Below are positions 56,942 to 64,000 of a DNA stretch of 64,000 nucleotides, piece by piece. Within the stretch, counting starts at the first letter, position 1; every line of letters begins with the position of its first letter. Position numbers and translations under genes: made by a program. The stretch is from Acidobacteriota bacterium (GTDB lineage Bacteria > Acidobacteriota > UBA890 > WLXD01). The stretch covers positions 1 through 64,000 of the forward strand of contig CAXWPH010000001.1 of NCBI GenBank assembly GCA_963666055.2, read 5' to 3'. The notes beneath the pieces were generated by a model. The model was not told where the DNA came from. It saw nothing but the letters and a program-made list of their open reading frames with translations, and made no database searches.

Positions 56942-58275
56942 CTAGTAGTACTCGAGATAGCGATCAACCTCCCATTCAGAGACCTGGCGCTGGTACTCGC
57001 CCCACTCCATGTCCTTGACCTTGAGGAACTCGTCGATGAACGCGCCGCCGAGCTGCTCGCGAAACAGCGAGTCGGCCTCGAGGGCGTCGAGTGCGGCGCG
57101 CAGGCTCTGCGGCAGAATGCCGACGCCGAGCTTCACGAGCTCGTCGATCGGTGTCGTGTAATGGTTGAAGTTCTGCGGCTCACCTGGATCGAGCTCACCA
57201 TCGATTCCGTCGAGACCCGCGGCAACGATCGCGGCCGTGGCAACGTACGGATTACAGCTGCCGTCCGGCAAGCGCAGCTCGAGCCGACCATGCGGTACGC
57301 GCACCATGCTCGAGCGGTTGTTGTCGCCATATGAGATGTAGGCTGGCGCCCATGTGGCCCCCGAAAGCGTGTTGCCAACGACGAGGCGCTTGTAGGAATT
57401 GACCGACGGTGCACAGAGCGCCGCCAGAGCCGGGGCGTGCTCTAGCAGACCGCCCAGGAAGCTGTAGGCGAGCCTCGACAGACCGAGGCTACGCTCGTCT
57501 GACTCGTCGCTGAACAGCGGCGTGCCATCGCGGTCGTCAATCGACAGGTGGAAATGCGTGCCGCTCCCGGTACGCCGCGTCACCGGTTTGGGCATGAACG
57601 AGCAAATAATGCCGAGCTCTCTGGCGATCTCCCCAGCCGCCATGCGGAAGAAGACGTAGCGATCGGCGGAGGTCATCGCGTCTGTGTAGGTGTAGTTGAT
57701 CTCGAACTGGCCGTTGCCGTCCTCGTGATCGATCTGGTACACGTCGAAGCCCACCGGTACCAGCGCGTCGACGAGCTTTTCGATGAAGGTTGTGCTCCTC
57801 GACAGACCTTTGTAGTCGTAGCATGGCTTGTCGAGCCGATCCGTGGGATCCGCTGGGCCGAGCGAGCCGTCCTCTGCGCGCCGCAGCAGCATGAACTCGG
57901 GCTCAATACCGGTGTTGAGTGTCCAGCCGCGATCTGCGAGGCGAGCCAGTTGCTGACCGGCAATGTGACGCGTGTCCAGCGGCCAGGGTTGACCGTTCAC
58001 ATGGCCGACGCAGACGACACGCGCGAAACCCGCCTGCCAGGGCACCAGGCTCAGCGTCGACGGGTCCCCACTGCCATGAAGTCGGGGTCGTGCGGCTCCT
58101 GACCGAGGCCCCAGACGGCAAAACCCGCGAAGCCTGCGCCGTCGGTGAGAACATCCTCGTAGTGACTCGCCGGAACCGCCTTTGTCTTCGCCACCCCATG
58201 AATGTCGACGAACTGAGCCAGAACGAACTTCACTCCGTTCTTCTCGAAGAAGGATGCCGCGTCTTTGCCTGTCAT
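56942..58275 (-). pseudogene. gmaS: Gamma-glutamylmethylamide synthetase (GlnT-type glutamine synthetase family), split by one -1 frameshift at ~58067 (likely sequencing error)
   Basis: [14 protein letters not shown] and [12 protein letters not shown] in ORF1; [26 protein letters not shown] and [15 protein letters not shown] in ORF2; adding one G to GTGGGG joins them. Confidence 0.78.
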
Positions 58276-58476
58276 GGTCTCCACCGATTTAGCAGGGTGC
58301 TCAAGAAAACTCTGGCGGGCCGGCAACCCCAACGCCCTGAAGAGTTACGGGGTCTTGCGGCCATCTGCCTCGTTGAGCCCCCTGGACGATACAACAAGCA
58401 TCGCCTGCGTCGTGCGGCCAACGGGCGAGAACCTTGCTCGGTCTCATCCGCTGCCGCGTTCGCCGTTGCCAGCCCG

Positions 58477-59118
58477 CTAGAAGGGCACGATGGCGCGCAG
58501 ATTGGCCGCCATATTGCGGCTGGCAACGAGCGGCGTTCCATCTCCGAGCATGACGCGGTAACGGCCCCCGAACCAGCGCTGGATCTCGCGCACGTGGTCG
58601 ATGTTGACCAGCGTGGCCCGATGGATGCGGATGAACTGCTGTGGGTCGAGCCGACGGGCCAGTTGCACCAGGGTGAAGTCGACGATGTGGCTCTTGGCCG
58701 CCGTGGTTGCCGCATAGACTAGCTTGTCCTGAGCGTAGAAGTGGGTCACCTCTTCGACCGGTAGCACCAACGTACGGTCGCCGATGCGGATGCCCAGCCG
58801 GCGCAAGAATCCCTCTGCAGCGGCAGCCGTCGATCTCTCCACCAGACGTTGTACTCGCTCGAGGAGGTCCGCCTGGCGCTGTCCGGAGTGGTATCGACGG
58901 ACCTTTTCGAGCGCCCGTCCGAGCCCCTCGGAATCGACCGGCTTGAGCAGATAATCGACGCTTGCTACTTGGAACGCCTCGAATGCGAACTCGTCGTAAG
59001 CGGTGGTGAATATCACCAGCGGGCTTTCTTCGAGCTCGCGCAGTAAGTCGAAGGCGGTGGCACCGCGGAGCCGAATATCGAGCAGCAGCAGGTCGGGATG
59101 GGAAGCGGCAATGACCGA
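58477..59118 (-). pseudogene. LytTR family response regulator lacking the N-terminal receiver strand and helix
   Basis: PDLLLLDI, IFTTAYD, DYLLKP and FIRIHR..LVN present; no upstream VDDE motif or proper start. Confidence 0.72.
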
Positions 59119-59509
59119 GGTAGCGGCGGACGAGTCGCATTCCGCTGCCGCCCTCTGAGCCAACCGGTTCGTCTGCTCGGCCGGCGCAGGCGAACCCCGG
59201 CCCATTGTCGCGGATCTCGATCCGTATCGTGTCGCCCTCGGCCCGCACCAGGATCTCGACCTCACCGCGACCCTCCGATCGTGAAGCGCCATGCTTGACC
59301 GCGTTTTCGACCAGCGGCAGCAGCAGCATGCCCGGCACCGCGATGCCGGCCAACTCGTCGGGACAGTCGATACGAGACCAGAGCTGGTCACCGAACCGGT
59401 GTTGCTCGATGCTCAGATAGTCGGCGGCAGCATCGAGCTCGCTGCGTAGGGCAACGGTCTCCGCCTCGCCGATCTGAAGCGCCTGCCGGAAGTGGCGTGA
59501 CAGCGCCAG
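59119..59509 (-). pseudogene. LytS-type histidine kinase internal fragment
   Basis: LSRHFRQAL...L.SEL....DYL.IEQ.RFGD, PLVENAVKHG, RDNGPG and GSGM motifs; H-box (HFLFN) and sensor domain absent. Confidence 0.72.
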
Positions 59510-59724
59510 CTTGCCCTCTTGCCGTTGCTGTGCACCGACTGATGCGATCGGGGAGATCGGACACCCTCACGGTACGAGAGAGCGGGCGGTTACCATCAGC
59601 CTTTGCGGACGAAGTGCAAGGAGACGCTGACCAACGGGGGTAAGGCCCTGCTGAGAGGGAGCACGTGATCTACTCTTTGACCCGTCACACTTCCACCACG
59701 GGCTGCTAGGACGCGTCGCCTGCC

Positions 59725-60270
59725 ATGGCAACCTTGCTGCAAGAAGAGTTCATCGCCTGGCAATGCAGGGTGCGGAAAGAAGCGGTTCGCATGTATGGCG
59801 GACGGCCGCGTGCCGGTATGCGCCCCGGCGTGGCGCGAACGGACGGCAGCCTGATATCCGAGATCACCGTTCTGTTAGCCGAAGAGGATCCCGAGGTGCA
59901 CACCGGCTTCTTCCGCCACATCGTCCGCCAAACGCCGGATCCGAAGAAACGCTACGAAAGCGCCATCAAGCTGCTAGCTGCGGAGTACTACAACCGGCCC
60001 GAGAGGTTCTCGGGCATGCTCACGGCGCAGTTTGCCCACGATTCGGCAATAGCCTCCGAGCTGGTCGAAGCCGGTCGTTGCGTGCTGGCGTTCGCGCAAG
60101 GGGCGCGTGCGTATGGGCTACCTAGCGCTGTCGAAGAGTTTGTCTCTTCCGACGCCAACCACCAGGCGACCTGTTGGCACAACCACCTGTTCAATCCGTG
60201 CCCGCCCGACAAGATCCGGGTGCTCGGGTTCAGGCCCATCTGGGCAAAGGGTTGGAGGCTGAACCGCTAG
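59725..60270 (+). CDS. Hypothetical protein (181 aa)
   Basis: Plausible globular composition; fills the gap next to the methylamine cluster. Confidence 0.6.
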   Translation: MATLLQEEFIAWQCRVRKEAVRMYGGRPRAGMRPGVARTDGSLISEITVLLAEEDPEVHTGFFRHIVRQTPDPKKRYESAIKLLAAEYYNRPERFSGMLTAQFAHDSAIASELVEAGRCVLAFAQGARAYGLPSAVEEFVSSDANHQATCWHNHLFNPCPPDKIRVLGFRPIWAKGWRLNR

Positions 60271-60311
60271 CTTGGCTGCCAGTGAAGGGCTTCCTGCCCG
60301 TGCCTCGATCG

Positions 60312-60596
60312 CTAGCCGGCGCTGTCGTCGCCTGTCGTGCCGACAGGCAGTGACTCGGCGTGCTCGTAGCACTGAGGCGCCCCGGCGATGATCGTCGACC
60401 GCAGGTCGGCCTGCGATGCCAGCGCTCGGGCTTCCTTCTCGTAAGTACGTGCCTCGAGCCTCAGCTGCCAGATCATGTAGACGATGGTCAGTGCGAACGA
60501 CACGACAAAGAGCGCTATCTCGAGACCGACGAACGGGTACATCGGTCCGATCTCCAGCGGGTTGCCAAGCCAGTTCTCGATCAGTCCTGTTTGCAT
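60312..60596 (-). CDS. Small single-pass membrane protein downstream of Amt
   Basis: ATG 4 nt after the Amt stop; W.G.P..IGP.YPF followed by one TM helix. Confidence 0.65.
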   Translation of the reverse strand: MQTGLIENWLGNPLEIGPMYPFVGLEIALFVVSFALTIVYMIWQLRLEARTYEKEARALASQADLRSTIIAGAPQCYEHAESLPVGTTGDDSAG

Positions 60597-60600
60597 TCTC

Positions 60601-61992
60601 CTAGCCCCCGGCGACGCGCAGCTCTTCGCCGACGAGTTCGCCGAACGCCGCGGTCTCATCAGCCAGCACTTGATGATCCAGACCCGCCAGCTCGATGGCG
60701 CGTGGGATACGCAGCATATCGAACTTCTTCAAGACCGCGCCGAGGACGAAACACGGCGCAAATCCCAGCACGAAGAACATGATGAAGGCCCCCGCAAGCT
60801 GACCCCACGGTGTGATGTTGGCGAACTCGGGGTTCGGTGAGCTCGGGTACCCCCAGAGCATGAATCCGGCGATCACCACACCGAGCACGCCGGCGTAGCC
60901 ATGCACCGCGACCGCGCCTACCGCGTCGTCGATCTTGAACCTCCTCTCCACCCAGTGGTGCAGCTTATACAAGCACAGCACTCCGAACGCGCCGATGAGC
61001 AGCGCTTGCAGCGGATGGTAGAGGTCGTTGCCCGCGGAAGCGGTGATGATGCCCGCGAGGCCGCCCGAGAACGTCCAGTAGGGATCGCCCTTGGAGACGA
61101 AGTAGCCGGCGAACAGCCCGCCTGACAGCGACATTAGGAAGTTGAAGGTGATCGCGCTCAGCGTCGTCGGCGTGAGGTAGATCGTCGTCGCCGCGAAGAA
61201 GGTACGGGCAGAGTCCGGATCGATGTCGATGATCGGGATGTTGCACGCCGCGTAGAAGCCCCAGAAGCCGGTGTAAATCATGAACAGGCCGATAATCACC
61301 AGCCAGCTGTTTTGCGGCGGAAACGCTCGCGCTGTGCCATCGGAACGGAACCGTCCGATACGCGGCCCGAGGTGGTAGAGAACGGCCAACGCCGAGCCGC
61401 CGCTGATGGCATGGATCACGCCTGACGCGTAGGCGTCGTGATACCCGAGCAGTCGCACCATCCAGCCCTCACCGGACCAGCCCCAGGCAGCGTCGACGAC
61501 CCAGGTGATCGAGCCCAGCATGATGGCGAAGAGCCAGAAAGCGCTCGATCGAATGCGCTCGATGACAGCGCCGGAAAGGATCGAAGCGCAGGTCCAGGAG
61601 AACAGCAGGAACGCTCCGAAGAACACGCCGTTGAGGCGCGCCCAGGTCGCCGCGTCGCCCGGAGTCACCCCCGCCTGAACCGGTTGGCCACCCATGTGGG
61701 TGCCCATGAGCTCGCTCCATGGGAGCGCGAACGGAGCGGAGATCAAGCCGCCGGTAATGCCCGGTCCATTCTGCAGCGCGAAATAGATCCACCATCCGAA
61801 GAAGAAGAACGTCACGGTGATCAACGGAATCACCATCGCATTCTTCATCAAGGTGTGCATCATGTTCTTCTGGCGCGACACCCCGACCTCGTACAGGCAG
61901 AACCCGACATGGATCAGGAACATCAGGACGATGCAGACCCAGTAGTAGAACTCCGTGAAGATGACGGTAAGGGCGGTGAGCTCGTTTTCCAT
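60601..61992 (-). CDS. Ammonium/methylammonium transporter (Amt family), divergent
   Basis: GF...E.G..R.KN, SGAVIER, HDAYASGVIH and IDDAVGAVAVHG motifs; GAGGAG RBS. Confidence 0.88.
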   Translation of the reverse strand: MENELTALTVIFTEFYYWVCIVLMFLIHVGFCLYEVGVSRQKNMMHTLMKNAMVIPLITVTFFFFGWWIYFALQNGPGITGGLISAPFALPWSELMGTHMGGQPVQAGVTPGDAATWARLNGVFFGAFLLFSWTCASILSGAVIERIRSSAFWLFAIMLGSITWVVDAAWGWSGEGWMVRLLGYHDAYASGVIHAISGGSALAVLYHLGPRIGRFRSDGTARAFPPQNSWLVIIGLFMIYTGFWGFYAACNIPIIDIDPDSARTFFAATTIYLTPTTLSAITFNFLMSLSGGLFAGYFVSKGDPYWTFSGGLAGIITASAGNDLYHPLQALLIGAFGVLCLYKLHHWVERRFKIDDAVGAVAVHGYAGVLGVVIAGFMLWGYPSSPNPEFANITPWGQLAGAFIMFFVLGFAPCFVLGAVLKKFDMLRIPRAIELAGLDHQVLADETAAFGELVGEELRVAGG

Positions 61993-62062
61993 GGCTCCTC
62001 GGTGTCCTGCGTCAGACGGTCGTGGTGTTCAGCGGGTCGTCAGGCCCCGATCAACCTAGTGA

Positions 62063-63403
62063 CTAGCTCCAGGGGTAGGGGCTGTTGGACACCGGGTGCA
62101 ATTTCCCCGCGGCATAACGCGAGAAGCGAAACGGCTCGAGCAACACGCTTCGATTGCCAACGATCTCCTCCGCCACGAGCTTGCCGACACCGAGCATCTT
62201 GTAGCCGTGGTTGGAGTCGGCGATGAAGTAGCAGTTGCCGCGGAAGACATCGAATACCGGGAAGCTGTCTGCCGTGAACGAGCCGATACCGCCTGACGGC
62301 TCCTCGCCGCGGAACAGAGCGGACTTGCCAGCGAAGCGCTCCTGGCAAAACGCCAGCGCCGAGCACCACATGTTGGCGAAATCCTCGCCGACGATGAAGT
62401 CGGGCGATTTGGGCCCGTATGGATCGACTGCCACATCATCGGCATCCTTGTCGACCTTGTAGGGCATGGCGCCACCTTGAACGCCCCCGAAGTTGAAGTC
62501 CGGTTTGTAGTAGATGCCCCATATCTGGTCGGTGATCAGCGAGCCATCGAGGTCGGAGTAGAGCGGCGCGTCGGTGTCGATGTGCACCACCGGGGGCAAC
62601 TCGCCGTCGTTTGTCCGCTGGAGATCAGGCTCGACGCCGAGCGTGCCCTCTTGCAGGCACCAGTAACGCCACATTGGGATGTTCTCGTGCACGGTGCCGT
62701 TGTCGTTGACGGTGATGGTCTTGGGCAGCTCGAGCATGTCCCAGATGTGCTTCACCCACGGGCCCACACCCACGACGACGTAATCGGTGCGGATCGTCCC
62801 CTGGTCGGTCTCCACGGCGGTGATTCCGGCATCGGTGTACTGGAAGCCGGCAACTTTCACCCCGGAGTGGATCGTCACCCCGACGCCTTCCGCCTTGCCG
62901 GCAAGCCCGAGCATCGACGCCATGTTGTTGGCGTAACCACCCTTCTTCTCGTGCAAGACGGAGGTGATTCCACGAGCCCTCCAGTCGTGGAACAGACCCT
63001 TCATGTATTTCTCGGACTCGGCCGCTCCGACAATGAGCTCGGATTCGTAACCGATCGCCTTCTGTTGCTCGTAGATCTGCGCGACATCGGCCTCCATCAC
63101 GGCCGGACTGATCTGCATGTAGCCGACCGGATGATAGCTATACGCTTCCGGGTCGCTGTCCCATACCTCGACGCTATGCGCCATTAGCTCGCGCATTGCC
63201 GGCTGAAAATAGTTGTTGCGGATTACGCCGCAGGCAATCCCCGACGCTCCGGCGCCGACGCCTTCCTTGTCGAGCACGATAATGTCGGCCCCACTTCCCT
63301 GCCCCCGTGCTTTCAGCTCAAGCGCCAGATGATAGGCGGTGCTCAGGCCGTGAATGCCGGCACCGATGACGACGTACTTGCTTGCTTCCGGTAAAGAGCT
63401 CAT
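62063..63403 (-). CDS. FAD-dependent oxidoreductase (DAO / sarcosine oxidase beta / N-methylglutamate dehydrogenase-like)
   Basis: GAGIHGLSTAYHLA, GASGIACGVIR, FTADSFP and NHGYK motifs. Confidence 0.8.
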   Translation of the reverse strand: MSSLPEASKYVVIGAGIHGLSTAYHLALELKARGQGSGADIIVLDKEGVGAGASGIACGVIRNNYFQPAMRELMAHSVEVWDSDPEAYSYHPVGYMQISPAVMEADVAQIYEQQKAIGYESELIVGAAESEKYMKGLFHDWRARGITSVLHEKKGGYANNMASMLGLAGKAEGVGVTIHSGVKVAGFQYTDAGITAVETDQGTIRTDYVVVGVGPWVKHIWDMLELPKTITVNDNGTVHENIPMWRYWCLQEGTLGVEPDLQRTNDGELPPVVHIDTDAPLYSDLDGSLITDQIWGIYYKPDFNFGGVQGGAMPYKVDKDADDVAVDPYGPKSPDFIVGEDFANMWCSALAFCQERFAGKSALFRGEEPSGGIGSFTADSFPVFDVFRGNCYFIADSNHGYKMLGVGKLVAEEIVGNRSVLLEPFRFSRYAAGKLHPVSNSPYPWS

Positions 63404-63411
63404 CGAAAACC

Positions 63412-64000
63412 TCAGCTACGAGGACGTTTCTTGCCGGGGTCATAGAACGGGAACTGCACCACGGTCGCCGCGATGCGCTTCTGATGCCCGTCGAGCTTAC
63501 CGACTTCCAGCTCGGCGCCAGGGTCAGCGTGCTCCTTGGCCAACCGGCACAGGGCGATGTTCTTTCGCAGGATGGGAGAGCGCGTGCCGCTGGTGATCAC
63601 TCCCACCTGACTGCGACCGGCGTACACGCCGTCGCCGTGGCCACCGGTCTCGCTGCCTTCGAGCTCCAGGCCGACCAGCAGTCGCTGCGGGTGCGCTTTG
63701 CGCTCGACGAGGGCTGCCCGACCAACGAAATCGTCATCCGTGCTCTCGAGGTCAACGGTGAACCCGATGCCTGCTTCGAACGGATCCACCTGGTCGTCGT
63801 ACTCGTATCCTGGGAAGATCAGCCCCGACTCGATGCGCAAGATGTCGAGAGCATCCAGGCCTAGCGGCGCCAGATCGTGCGGCTCGCCCGCCTCCCAGAT
63901 CGCATCCCAAACGGCAACGGCATCGTTGGGGTGGCACCAGACCTCATAGCCGAGCTCACCCGTGTAGCCGGTTCGGGATACCAGCAGCGGCGTGCCGTCT
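63412..64000 (-). CDS. GcvT-type aminomethyltransferase C-terminal part (TMAO demethylase Tdm-like), truncated by the window edge
   Basis: SRTGYTGELGYE, LRIESGL, DPFEAGIGF, GVITSG and GKLDGHQKR...FYDP motifs. Confidence 0.72.
   Translation of the reverse strand, partial: DGTPLLVSRTGYTGELGYEVWCHPNDAVAVWDAIWEAGEPHDLAPLGLDALDILRIESGLIFPGYEYDDQVDPFEAGIGFTVDLESTDDDFVGRAALVERKAHPQRLLVGLELEGSETGGHGDGVYAGRSQVGVITSGTRSPILRKNIALCRLAKEHADPGAELEVGKLDGHQKRIAATVVQFPFYDPGKKRPRS

Noticed and set aside
58276-58476. Riboswitch or sigma-54 promoter upstream of gmaS
   Set aside because: No match by eye to glutamine or guanidine riboswitch consensus; the candidate GG-GC spacing is 9 rather than 10.
1-64000. CRISPR arrays, tRNA/rRNA, IS elements, prophage
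   Set aside because: No regularly spaced repeats, RNA gene signatures or mobile-element proteins seen; intergenic gaps are short.

Overview
GC-rich bacterial chromosomal segment, densely coding (about 50 genes). I found no rRNA, tRNA, CRISPR array, transposase or integrase. The gene types (DUF5916, S9 peptidase, CehA/McbA, PQQ enzymes with cytochrome c, many exported NTF2-like proteins) resemble Acidobacteriota-like heterotrophs; this is inference only. The main theme is periplasmic breakdown and uptake of amines, betaines and N-methylated compounds. It includes four Tat-signal spermidine-dehydrogenase-like flavoproteins plus a fifth 3' remnant, three GbcA/choline-monooxygenase-type Rieske oxygenase alpha subunits, betB, an osmoprotectant ABC transporter, a TRAP transporter, Gfa, and a methylamine cluster (GmaS, divergent Amt, FAD oxidoreductase, Tdm-like aminomethyltransferase). 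The best candidate for an undescribed system is the Rieske set. All three carry twin-arginine signal peptides and an enlarged Rieske loop with a second C-R-H motif. No NAD(P)H reductase or ferredoxin gene is in the window, and two copies are interleaved with Tat flavoproteins sharing an invariant C-terminal tail, suggesting a periplasmic oxygenase system. The window also has deletion-eroded genes (a 63-aa motif-only SDR, a fused LytS/LytTR remnant) and four single-base homopolymer frameshifts that may be sequencing errors. Product calls come from motif recognition, not database searches.
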